A stretch of 47,697 bases of DNA from Saprospiraceae bacterium (GCA_036835365.1 DAITMC010000003.1:1-47697); one strand, 5' to 3'; counted from the first letter of the stretch, positions 9,338 to 18,240 are shown. Made by a program: numbers and translations. Notes: generated by a model from the letters alone, not told the origin.

Positions 9338-9705
9338 TTAATGTTAGATTTTAGTGATTTGACTTATTCTTGTGATAAATATCCAGCGAATATTCGCTTT
9401 TGTTGTTTTGCGATTAGGACGCATCTTATCGTCTGAGGACACTTTTTTAAGGAAAGAATTTACGATGGGCGAATAATAGCATAGTTTAATGATTATCATT
9501 TTCCTATTACTCGTAAAGACCGAAAATTTGGTTCTTTTGAAGCCAAACCACCATTGGAAATACTTAATATTTCCATTAGAAAAATAAAATTTTGATTTTC
9601 TTCTAAAAAAATTTTGATTTTTTAACCCACATTTACAAACCAAATTCTCATTACTCTGTTTAGGCTTTATCATTTAACAATCCTTTAACTTAACATCGTT
9701 ATTAA

Positions 9706-10452
9706 ATGGAAGCATTACAATTATTTAGCGACGTGCTTTTAGCACAATTAAAAGAAGGTGATTACGTAGGTTTCACATTCTTTATTGGTTCAATGGCTAT
9801 GGCTGCTGCAACTGTATTCTTTTTCTTTGAGATGCGCAACGTAGAAGGAAAATGGAGAACTTCTTTGTTGGTATCTGGTATTATTACTTTTATCGCTGCT
9901 GTTCACTATTTCTATATGAGAGATTTCTGGGCAACCAACGGTACTTCTCCAACTTCTTTCCGCTACATTGACTGGATTCTTACAGTGCCTTTGATGTGCG
10001 TAGAGTTCTACTTGATTTTGAGAGCATTCGGAGCTAAGCAAGGCTTACTTTGGAGAATGATTTTCTGGTCAGTATGGATGTTAGTGGCAGGTTACCTAGG
10101 TGAAACAGTGTTCAGAAGCCAATCTGCACTTTGGGGTGCCATCTCTACTATTGGTTATGTAGCTATCCTTTATGATGTATGGTTGGGTGGTGCTAAGAAA
10201 TTGGCAAACAACTCTAACGACCCTAAGCTACAAGCAGCATTCAAAACTTTAGGTTGGTTCCTATTAGTAGGTTGGGCAATCTATCCAATTGGTTACATGG
10301 CTATCGAAGGTGGTTTGTTAAGCGGCGTGCTTTCTGTAGAAAGCATGGACTTAATCTACAACATCGGTGATGCTATCAACAAAATTGGATTTGGTCTTGT
10401 AATTTACTCTTTAGCAGTATCTAAAACAGATGCAAAAGTTGCAACAGCTTAA
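9706..10452 (+). CDS. proteorhodopsin-type light-driven proton pump (DTE motif)
   Basis: Seven-TM 248-aa ORF. Helix C FRYIDWILTVPLMCVEFYLIL carries D89/T93/E100, equivalent to PR D97/T101/E108. It also has His in AAVHYFYMR and the helix G retinal Schiff-base context NIGDAINKIGFG (D222, K226). Confidence 0.93.
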   Translation: MEALQLFSDVLLAQLKEGDYVGFTFFIGSMAMAAATVFFFFEMRNVEGKWRTSLLVSGIITFIAAVHYFYMRDFWATNGTSPTSFRYIDWILTVPLMCVEFYLILRAFGAKQGLLWRMIFWSVWMLVAGYLGETVFRSQSALWGAISTIGYVAILYDVWLGGAKKLANNSNDPKLQAAFKTLGWFLLVGWAIYPIGYMAIEGGLLSGVLSVESMDLIYNIGDAINKIGFGLVIYSLAVSKTDAKVATA

Positions 10453-10477
10453 TTTTTGTTAGCTAAAAAAACTAAAA

Positions 10478-10512
10478 TGCGCTAGTGGGGAAACTCGCTA
10501 GTGCATTTTTTT
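10478..10512 (+). terminator. intrinsic terminator of the rhodopsin gene
   Basis: tgcgctag (10478-10485) pairs with ctagtgca (10498-10505), giving 8 bp with one G-U pair. The loop is 12 nt and ttttttt (10506-10512) follows. It begins 26 nt after the stop. Confidence 0.7.
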
Positions 10513-11028
10513 ATGCCCATCTTCGCTACCTACGTTCTAGCAATCTAATATTCCTATCACTTCGATTTTTACTAGAGTAGTCAACATTTATGATTTATGA
10601 TTGTCATCAACAAATTTTGATGGATTCAATAGTCTAGCGTTTGGGCAGTCGCAAGTAGTCGTTGATAAAAGTGAGTTCGGCATCTATGTTTTTCTGGCTT
10701 TTGTTACCAAATGGAAATTTTGCGCCAACAGTGCTTTACATTAGAAATCCGACTTGAGAAATGGTGTTATGCTTACCATTTTGCTCATGTGCAGGGCTGT
10801 TCTGTATTTGTGTTGCTTGCCTTGATCTGTTTGTCCAACAGTCTCTTTTAAACGGCCGAACGCTTCCAATAAAATTATGATACGCATATTTTTTTGTAGT
10901 TTTGCTTTTCCTAACTAAGGATTTTGGGTTTCTTTTGGTTTTCGATATATAAATATACTCAAAAATTTAGCAATTCTTTTTGATTTACAAATACCTATAT
11001 CTTTGATTGCCCATAATTTGCGTTACAT

Positions 11029-14000
11029 ATGAAAACAAAACATTTTTTGCAAAATGGGGTGCTGTATCTTTTGATGATTTGGACAAGTAGTAGCCTGCAA
11101 GCACAAGTTCTTAATGATGAAATTAGCTTTCATGTAGCAAGCTATGAATGGCGAAGCACTTATGATGGCGATGGCCGGGTAGATAATAGTGGCTTTCCTT
11201 TTTATATTATAACAGATTTATTTGAAGAAGAAAATACCGTTAATATCTGGTTTCGGGCTGGGGGAGTTGATTTAACCCCTAAAGTCTGCTTTTTTTGGGA
11301 CGCTAAAAATTTCAACATAGAAGAACGCAACTCCACACAAAGTAATCATAGTAACGTAAGTTTAGGAGAGGTATTCAATACGCCACACAATGGATTTTAT
11401 ACCCTCGTTGATTACTGGGAAGATGACTTCGGAGATAGATGTACTTATTTCTATGCTCTCTTTAATGCAGGAGACGACGGTTATACCCCTAACGCTACCT
11501 TGAAACATTTTACCTATGATAATAACACTAGTCCCTTTAACGCCGGAGCAGACTACTGGTATGATGTGCGAGGGCAGGCGCAAGGAACTTGGTATTATCA
11601 CCCTGTTGCAGGAGCAGCTGTTCTTCCCGACCCGTATAATCCAAATTTTAATGAAGGTTCTGTGGAAATAAAACTAAAAACTACTTGGAATTTAGCACAC
11701 GGGAATACCTTATCCGACCCTTTGAATTTGGGCATTTTTTCGGCTAATACAGCGCGAGAACACATCAATAATACGAAAACGATACCCGCAACAAGCGGTG
11801 TCCCTACTTCAGCCATATCCTACACTTCTACTTACGGCAATAGCACCAATGATGTTGTGTATCGCTTCGAACTAACCGAAGCCGTATCTCATCTTACCAT
11901 TAGAACCGATTTTTTTTCAATAAATCCACTACCGAATTGGGGCACACAGATAGACACACGGCTTATTTTATTAGATGAAAGTTTCAGCATACTTGCCGAT
12001 GTAGATGACCCGGGCGGCTTCCTACCTGAAATGGCAAGATTGACGATGACCGATTTATGTGCTGGTGTGTATTATTTTGTGGTAGAAGGCGGTAACTCAA
12101 ATAGTAGTTCGCCCAAAGAAGGGCAGATATACATTCGAGTAGAGTCGGGCAATGCACTGCCACCAACATTGCCCGAAAATATTTTTGGGGATAGCTTGTG
12201 GAACGTTTATGTGTATCGTGACTACAACTTACAGTATTATGCTAGCAGTTTCACACAAAATAGCCTCAATATTGATTTGGCAACCTCAATGGGAGGAGTT
12301 TTCAATGGGCCCAATTCTATTGCAGCCAATCAAGGCTGTGCTGTCGGCGTAGATAACTTTGGCGTTAAATATATGCGTACCAACTGGGATTGCGGCGAAT
12401 ATGATTTTCACCTTACCGATGCCGATGATTTAGTATTCGTGCATATTGATTATGACGGTGACGGGACTACAGATGCGAGCTTTAGCAAATATTGGTCGCC
12501 GACACCGCCAGACGAGCATCACTACTTTCGCTTAAGTTATAACTCAACAGTAACGGTTACGGTGCAAGAAGGCAGCGGCGGGGCAAATGTAGCCTTAGCG
12601 ATTACAAAACTTAACAATGGATTAACTGCAGGCACAGCACAAGGTAACGAAACCTTTTATAGCTGCAAAAATCCCGATGCTATAAGTGTAATAGGTGATT
12701 TCGCAACGCCTAATGTTTTGTATCAATGGCAAAGCAGCACCGATAACACAAATTTTAGCGATATTTCAGGAGCGACCGCAGCGACCTATGCGCCGCCGAT
12801 TTTATCCCAAACGACTTATTTCAGACGTAAAGCGACCGATGTTTGTGGCAATTCAGTAACGACCAGTGCTGTCACCAAAACAGTTCAAACCCTACCGACC
12901 GAAGGTGCTTTTAGCAGTAACGAATGGAGTGCCTACGCCTATAACGGTACTTTTTTTAATACTTATTATGGAAAATTTACGGTCGCTAATCAAAGCCTTG
13001 ATTTAGCCGCAATATTAGGCAGCAACTTAGGTAATCCGTCCGCCGTAAGCGGTTATGTGGGCTGTGATTTAGAAAATGATTATTGGAGTACAACTTTCAA
13101 GCGAACGGGCTGGGACTGTGGCGAATATCATTTTAACCTTACGCAATGGGACGATGATGTCCAAATTAGGTTTGATTATGACGGGGACGGGGTCTGGGAC
13201 TTATCGTCCATCATATATATTTGTTGCAATAGTGCAGGCAACGAAAACTGGTGGGTTCGCCTCAATCCACAATCAAGAGTAGAAGTAATATTTAGAGAAG
13301 CTACTGGCTTCGCTAATTTAGTTTTGAATGTTGCAAAAGTAAATAACGGCTTGGTCGCAGGCACGGCAAACGGCAATGAAACCCTTTATAACTGCCAAAC
13401 ACCCAGCGAAATGACCGTGACGGGCGACCTTGCCAGCTCAACCGTCACTTATCAATGGCAGAGTAGCAGTAATAATATCCATTTTGGTAGTATTCCAGGG
13501 GCAACCGCTGCAACCTATGTGCCGCCTACTTCTTTATTGCAGACGAGTTATTTTATACGTTATGCGACCGATGTTTGTGGCAATGTGGCAACGACTAATT
13601 CCGTCATCAAAACTATTCAAGCCCTACCGACCGAAACTTTCGGTAATAACGAGTGGAATATTTACACCTATAATGGTTACGGATTATACGATTATTACGG
13701 GTACACCACACAGAACTCGCAAAGTATTGATTTAGTAACGGCGATGGGCAGCAGCACCGCTAACCCTACCTCAATGGCAGGTTATACGGGGTGCAATTTG
13801 CCTGACGACCACTTCGGGCTGCGATACTTGCGAACTGGCTGGGATTGCGGTTCTTACCTTTTTAACCTCGCTCAATGGGACGATGAAGTGCAAATTAGGT
13901 TTGACTATGAAGGAGACGGCATCTGGGACTTGACCTCTACTTTTTATACTTGTTGTAATAACACAGCTAATGAAAACTGGTTGGTGTATCTAAGCCCTCA

Positions 14001-17000
14001 ATCACGGGTAGAAGTTCGGTACAGCGAACTGACTGCAAGCGCCCATTTGTTATTGAATGTTAGCAAACTCAATAACAACTTAGTCGCAGGCACCGCAAAT
14101 GGAAACGAAACGGTTTATTTCTGCCAAAGCCCCAACGAAATAACCGTAACAGGCGACGCCGTGAGTTCAACCCTTGCTTATCAGTGGCAAAGTAGCACTG
14201 ATAACACAAATTTCAGCGACATTTCAGGAGCCACCGCCGCGACTTACACGCCCCCCACATTGCCCCAAACGACTTATTTCAGACGCAAAGCGACTGGTCC
14301 TTATGCTTGTGGTAGTTTCACCACGACCAACGCCGTCACCAAAACGGTTCAAACCCTACCGACTGAAGGCGCTTTTAGCAGTAACGAATGGAGTGCCTAC
14401 GCCTATAACGGTACTTTTTTTAATACTTATTATGGAAAATTTACGGTCGCTAATCAAAGCCTTGATTTAGCCGCAATATTAGGTAGCAACCTGAGCAATC
14501 CGTCCGCCGTAAGCGGTTATGTGGGCTGTGATTTAGGAGATGATTCCTGGAGTACTGCCTTCAAGCGAACTGGCTGGGACTGCGGCGAATACCACTTCAA
14601 CCTCACACAATGGGACGATGAGGTGCAAATTAGTTTTGACTATGACGGGGACGGTGTCTGGGACTTGTCTTCTGCCGTATATGCTTGTTGCAATGGTGCA
14701 GGCAACGAAAATTGGTGGGTTCGCCTCAATCCACAATCAAGGGTAGAAGTAATATTCAAAGAAGCTACTGGCTTCGCTAATTTAGTTTTGAATGTAACAA
14801 AAGTTAATGACGGCTTAGTCGCAGGCATCGCAAACGGCAACGAAACAGTTTACAACTGCCAAATCCCAAGCGAAATGACCGTAACGGGCGACCTTGCCAG
14901 CTCAACCGTCACTTATCAATGGCAGAGTAGCAGTAATAATATCCATTTTGGTAATATTCCGGGAGCAACCGCTGCAACCTATGTGCCACCTGCTTTGTCG
15001 CAGACGAGTTATTTTATACGTCAGGCGACCGATGTTTGTGGCAATGTGGCAACAACGACAAGTGTGCAAAAAACGGTTATAACAACAGGCGTTCAAAACG
15101 TTTTTGGTGTAAACGAATGGAAGATATACGCTTACGATGGTTATGCTTTTAACACACACAAGGGGACTACCTCACAAACTGACATCAACCTTCACTTAGC
15201 AACAGCGATGACCGATGCCTTTTCTAATCCAAGCACCATTACAGGTTATCAAGGTTGTAGCTTACCCAACGATAATTTTAGCCTTCGTTATTTACGGACA
15301 GGTTGGGACTGCGGTGAATACGACTTTCATCTCACCGATGCTGACGATGAAATCCACGTTTATATAGATTATGACGGTGATGGCACGACTGACGCAAGTT
15401 TCAGCAAATATTGGTCATCAACACCACCCGATGAGCATCATTATTTTTATTTAAACTCTAATTCAAAAGTAACCGTTACGGTACAAGAAGGTAGCGGTGA
15501 GGCGAATATAGTTTTGACCATTACCAAATTAAATAACGGCTTAATAGCCGGCACACCGAGTAGCGATGAAACTGAATTAGTCTGCAATAACATATCTTTT
15601 AGTACAATGGTCGTATCCGGTGATGCGGCAGGTATTGGCTCTATTTATCAATGGCAAAGCAGCCCAAACGGAGTTAATTTCACGGATATTTCAGGGGCAA
15701 ATATGGCTACCTATTTACCGCCAAACTTAATACAAACTACTTATTTTAGACGGAAAACCAGTGACTTATGCGGAAACGAAGTTACGACCGCAAATATCAA
15801 ACGCACCGTCATCGGTTTAGCTTCTGAAAATGATTTTGGTGATAATCAATGGAATATTTATGTGTATAATGGCGACTTTAATACGTATTTTGGAACTATC
15901 ACAGCCAGCGGCACAGACCTTAACGTTGTCAGTTTGTTAAATAACAACAGCCTTTCTAACCCTTCGGTACTTGGCAATTATACAGGATGCCCGCTATCAA
16001 GTAATGATAATTGGAGTGCAAGTTTCAAACGCAAAAATTGGGATTGTGGCGAGTACGACTTTCATTTAACACAATGGAATGACGAGGTGCAACTTCGCTT
16101 TGATTATGATGGCAATGGTACGTGGGACTTCACCTCCCCCAGCTATACTTGTTGTAATAATGCAGGTAATATACACCTGTCGGCACGTCTCAATCCGCAA
16201 TCGCGTGTAGAGGTGCGTTTCAAGGATTTAGGAGGCGAAGCTCGTTTAACACTAAACATCACCAAATTAAATAACGGTTTAGTAGCAGGTACGCCAAGCC
16301 CTGACCAAAATGTCCTTAATTGTCAAATTCCAAGAGCTGTTAATATTACGGGGAGTTTAGCAAGTTCTTGGCTTGCCTATCAGTGGCAGAGTAGCACTGG
16401 CGGCGCTTTTACTGATATTTTGGGCGCAACGGCAGCTTCTTATTCACCTTCTTCTCTATCCCAGACGACTTCTTTTAGACGTGTAGCTACCGACGTCTGT
16501 GGTAACAGCATTACAACTGCCGCAACTACAAAAAACGTAGTATCTAACCTACCTACATTAGGAATAGCAGGAAACAATGCGTGGAATGTTTATACTTACG
16601 ATGCTAATTCGGGTATATATAATGGTTTTTATGATGTGGGAATGTTAGATTTTAGTTTCACAGCACAGGGTATTCCGAACAATAGCTATACCGCCAGCCC
16701 TTCGCAAGTGCCTAATTTTCTGGGTTGCTCATTCGATGCAAATAACTATTACATAGAAGGAATACGTACAGGATTTATACCTGGTCTGTACACTATTCAA
16801 CTGAATGCCTTTAATAATACCGATTATACCTTTGCGGCTATAGAAATTGACACCGATGGAAACGGCACTATTGAAAATAGTATAACGCTGAGCACATTCG
16901 GTGATGTTTGGTCGGGAAATCTATCGCTTAACGCCACAATCAAAATATTTTATGCAAAATTTGGTATTCCAGACGCTTCTTCTCTTGAGTTGACATTCAA

Positions 17001-17565
17001 CTCGACCGCCCTTCCCGTTGAGCTACTGCACTTCACCGCCGAAAAGGCAGCCCAAAATAGCCGCCTAAACTGGGCAACGGCAACTGAAGAAAATACAGAA
17101 GTGTTCGAGGTGCAGCGAAGTGCGGACGGGCGAGTATTTGAAAAAATCGGCGAAGTCGCTGCCGTAGGTTTTTCGGTGGAGAGGGTCGATTATGAATTTC
17201 TGGACGAGCAACCGCTTTCGGGCGACAATTATTACCGCCTAAAAATAGTGGATTTCGATGCTACTTTTGAGTATTCTAATGTGGCAGTCGTGCGGCACGA
17301 GGTTTCTGAAAACACGATTGTTTCCGTGTTCCCGAACCCTACTCGCAATGTTTTATTTCTAAATATCAAGACAACCGCCGTAGGCGATGTAGCCTTAGAA
17401 GTTTTTGATGCTTTGGGGCATTCCGTGCTTTCGCAACAAGAACCACTCAAGGGCGGCAGCCAAACGCTCGATTTGCCGACCGACCGTTTGCCGAAAGGCA
17501 CTTATTTTATAAAAATAACATTGCCACAAGGCAAAATTTTGACAGAACGGTTTATGAAGTTTTAA
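11029..17565 (+). CDS. giant modular secreted protein with T9SS (Por) C-terminal sorting domain; putative adhesin or cell-surface protein
   Basis: 2178-aa ORF with signal peptide ...SSSLQAQ. It has an N-terminal PPC-like segment (YRFELTEAVSHLTIRTD...LCAGVYYFVVEG...IYIRVES). It then has 6 clear and 1 degenerate PA14-like modules (WDCGEY.F.L...DD....DYDGDG) alternating with 6 Ig-like modules (YQWQSS....F..I.GATAATY.PP...QT.YFRR.A.D.CGN). The C-terminus SVFPNPTRNVLFLNI...KGTYFIKITLPQGKILTERFMKF is typical of T9SS type A sorting domains. Confidence 0.9.
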   Translation: MKTKHFLQNGVLYLLMIWTSSSLQAQVLNDEISFHVASYEWRSTYDGDGRVDNSGFPFYIITDLFEEENTVNIWFRAGGVDLTPKVCFFWDAKNFNIEERNSTQSNHSNVSLGEVFNTPHNGFYTLVDYWEDDFGDRCTYFYALFNAGDDGYTPNATLKHFTYDNNTSPFNAGADYWYDVRGQAQGTWYYHPVAGAAVLPDPYNPNFNEGSVEIKLKTTWNLAHGNTLSDPLNLGIFSANTAREHINNTKTIPATSGVPTSAISYTSTYGNSTNDVVYRFELTEAVSHLTIRTDFFSINPLPNWGTQIDTRLILLDESFSILADVDDPGGFLPEMARLTMTDLCAGVYYFVVEGGNSNSSSPKEGQIYIRVESGNALPPTLPENIFGDSLWNVYVYRDYNLQYYASSFTQNSLNIDLATSMGGVFNGPNSIAANQGCAVGVDNFGVKYMRTNWDCGEYDFHLTDADDLVFVHIDYDGDGTTDASFSKYWSPTPPDEHHYFRLSYNSTVTVTVQEGSGGANVALAITKLNNGLTAGTAQGNETFYSCKNPDAISVIGDFATPNVLYQWQSSTDNTNFSDISGATAATYAPPILSQTTYFRRKATDVCGNSVTTSAVTKTVQTLPTEGAFSSNEWSAYAYNGTFFNTYYGKFTVANQSLDLAAILGSNLGNPSAVSGYVGCDLENDYWSTTFKRTGWDCGEYHFNLTQWDDDVQIRFDYDGDGVWDLSSIIYICCNSAGNENWWVRLNPQSRVEVIFREATGFANLVLNVAKVNNGLVAGTANGNETLYNCQTPSEMTVTGDLASSTVTYQWQSSSNNIHFGSIPGATAATYVPPTSLLQTSYFIRYATDVCGNVATTNSVIKTIQALPTETFGNNEWNIYTYNGYGLYDYYGYTTQNSQSIDLVTAMGSSTANPTSMAGYTGCNLPDDHFGLRYLRTGWDCGSYLFNLAQWDDEVQIRFDYEGDGIWDLTSTFYTCCNNTANENWLVYLSPQSRVEVRYSELTASAHLLLNVSKLNNNLVAGTANGNETVYFCQSPNEITVTGDAVSSTLAYQWQSSTDNTNFSDISGATAATYTPPTLPQTTYFRRKATGPYACGSFTTTNAVTKTVQTLPTEGAFSSNEWSAYAYNGTFFNTYYGKFTVANQSLDLAAILGSNLSNPSAVSGYVGCDLGDDSWSTAFKRTGWDCGEYHFNLTQWDDEVQISFDYDGDGVWDLSSAVYACCNGAGNENWWVRLNPQSRVEVIFKEATGFANLVLNVTKVNDGLVAGIANGNETVYNCQIPSEMTVTGDLASSTVTYQWQSSSNNIHFGNIPGATAATYVPPALSQTSYFIRQATDVCGNVATTTSVQKTVITTGVQNVFGVNEWKIYAYDGYAFNTHKGTTSQTDINLHLATAMTDAFSNPSTITGYQGCSLPNDNFSLRYLRTGWDCGEYDFHLTDADDEIHVYIDYDGDGTTDASFSKYWSSTPPDEHHYFYLNSNSKVTVTVQEGSGEANIVLTITKLNNGLIAGTPSSDETELVCNNISFSTMVVSGDAAGIGSIYQWQSSPNGVNFTDISGANMATYLPPNLIQTTYFRRKTSDLCGNEVTTANIKRTVIGLASENDFGDNQWNIYVYNGDFNTYFGTITASGTDLNVVSLLNNNSLSNPSVLGNYTGCPLSSNDNWSASFKRKNWDCGEYDFHLTQWNDEVQLRFDYDGNGTWDFTSPSYTCCNNAGNIHLSARLNPQSRVEVRFKDLGGEARLTLNITKLNNGLVAGTPSPDQNVLNCQIPRAVNITGSLASSWLAYQWQSSTGGAFTDILGATAASYSPSSLSQTTSFRRVATDVCGNSITTAATTKNVVSNLPTLGIAGNNAWNVYTYDANSGIYNGFYDVGMLDFSFTAQGIPNNSYTASPSQVPNFLGCSFDANNYYIEGIRTGFIPGLYTIQLNAFNNTDYTFAAIEIDTDGNGTIENSITLSTFGDVWSGNLSLNATIKIFYAKFGIPDASSLELTFNSTALPVELLHFTAEKAAQNSRLNWATATEENTEVFEVQRSADGRVFEKIGEVAAVGFSVERVDYEFLDEQPLSGDNYYRLKIVDFDATFEYSNVAVVRHEVSENTIVSVFPNPTRNVLFLNIKTTAVGDVALEVFDALGHSVLSQQEPLKGGSQTLDLPTDRLPKGTYFIKITLPQGKILTERFMKF
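12178..17010 (+). repeat. intragenic tandem array of ~729-735 bp (243-245 aa) modules, with a higher-order ~1.46 kb duplication
   Basis: The YQWQSS codon block recurs at 12721, 13450, 14179, 14914, 15646 and 16378. Segment 12721-~13610 is repeated at 14179-~15065 with high identity, including a 113-bp perfect match (12907-13019 equals 14371-14483). Confidence 0.9.
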
Positions 17566-17606
17566 AGAAAAAGTACCCCAAAAAACGATGTTTTGTTTAC
17601 TTTTAT

Positions 17607-17640
17607 AAAGGTGAGATGCGAAAGTGCTGCACCTTTTTTT
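17607..17640 (+). terminator. possible intrinsic terminator of the giant gene
   Basis: aaaggtg (17607-17613) pairs with caccttt (17630-17636), and the T-run continues to 17640. The 16-nt loop is large, so confidence is moderate. Confidence 0.45.
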
Positions 17641-17842
17641 GTGGGTTGCTTGGAAGCTAACCTACGTAAATTTGGATAGGCTATAAACACACTACTACAA
17701 ATAGTCCAGTTTGATATGCCTTTTCGTTTAAATCTAAAGTGCGTAGCATGTACGTTGTTTATAATTAGCCACAGATTTAGCACTACTCGTTTTTTACTCT
17801 AATGTAAATTATGGATAACTAAAAGTTATAACTGTTTGTGAA

Positions 17843-18094
17843 TCAATTAGAATAGCTAATACGCTTATAATAGAGAGTATCTTGATTGTTTGTACAGATG
17901 TAGAGGCGACTTTATTTGCTTCAACATTCAACAGAAATGTTACTTTTTTGCGCACCAATTTTGAGTTCTGCAGCAATAGTTACTTCAGAAACAAAACAAT
18001 TTTCTATTCCTACAAATGCTATTTTTTCATTTATTCGCTATCTACCTGTTAGTAAGAAAATGATTGTATTAGTGTCAAAAAGGTATTGCTTCAT
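17843..18094 (-). pseudogene. PIN-domain (VapC-like) toxin relic
   Basis: My minus-strand translation gives MKQYLFDTNTIIFLLTGR*RINEKIAFVGIENCFVSEVTIAAELKIGAQKSNISVEC*, with an in-frame TAG at 18040-18038 and a TGA at 17923-17921. A further piece, ..SRLYICTNNQDTLYYKRISYSN*, follows in the same frame. The N-terminal M..YL.DTN and the S..T.AEL..GA.KS motif are PIN hallmarks, and the central part appears deleted. This relic is not in the ORF track. Confidence 0.5.
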
Positions 18095-18186
18095 AAGTGT
18101 TCAAGGATTCGAGTAGATTGGCTCATCCTATAAATATCTTCTATAATTTCTTCGGCACTTCGATTATTATCACACCACGTACCATT
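18091..18186 (-). pseudogene. truncated antitoxin-like remnant upstream of the PIN relic
   Basis: The minus-strand frame ending ...LNGTWCDNNRSAEEIIEDIYRMSQSTRILEHL* has its TGA overlapping the PIN ATG in a 4-nt ATGA, which is classic TA-operon coupling. It has no proper N-terminus or start codon, and stops lie upstream at 18225 and 18213. Confidence 0.3.
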
Positions 18187-18200
18187 CAAAGGGAAATATT

Positions 18201-18229
18201 GAGATAGCCATTACACGAACGGCTATCTC
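18201..18229 (-). terminator. hairpin immediately downstream of the SulP gene
   Basis: gagatagcc (18201-18209) and ggctatctc (18221-18229) form a perfect 9-bp stem with an 11-nt loop, starting 12 nt after the stop at 18241. The following T-tract is weak (aatattt). Confidence 0.45.
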
Positions 18230-18240
18230 ATACTTATCAT

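Noticed and set aside
9344-9673. 109-aa ORF between the GTPase and the rhodopsin genes.
   Set aside because: The product is extremely K/N/F/I-rich from AT-rich DNA, with no recognisable motif or structure. The segment is more plausibly the shared divergent promoter region.
10620-10900. Short minus-strand ORFs in the 576-bp gap upstream of the giant gene (for example MRIIILLEAFGRLKETVGQTDQGKQHKYRTALHMSKMVSITPFLKSDF), considered as a possible IS/transposase remnant.
   Set aside because: I could not match any transposase or other family motif with confidence, and I saw no terminal inverted repeats.
13076-15159. Multiple 60-100 aa ORFs on both strands inside the giant gene (for example 13076..13282, 13176..13376, 14540..14746, 14640..14840, 13430..13735, 14174..14470, 14894..15082).
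   Set aside because: They lie entirely within the 2178-aa ORF and recur in pairs only because the underlying DNA is duplicated. They have biased low-complexity composition and no motifs, so they are shadow ORFs.
17562-18116. ORFs 17562..17783 (-) and 17916..18116 (+) downstream of the giant gene.
   Set aside because: The first overlaps the terminator region and has implausible composition. The second is antisense to the PIN-toxin relic, which explains the open frame better.
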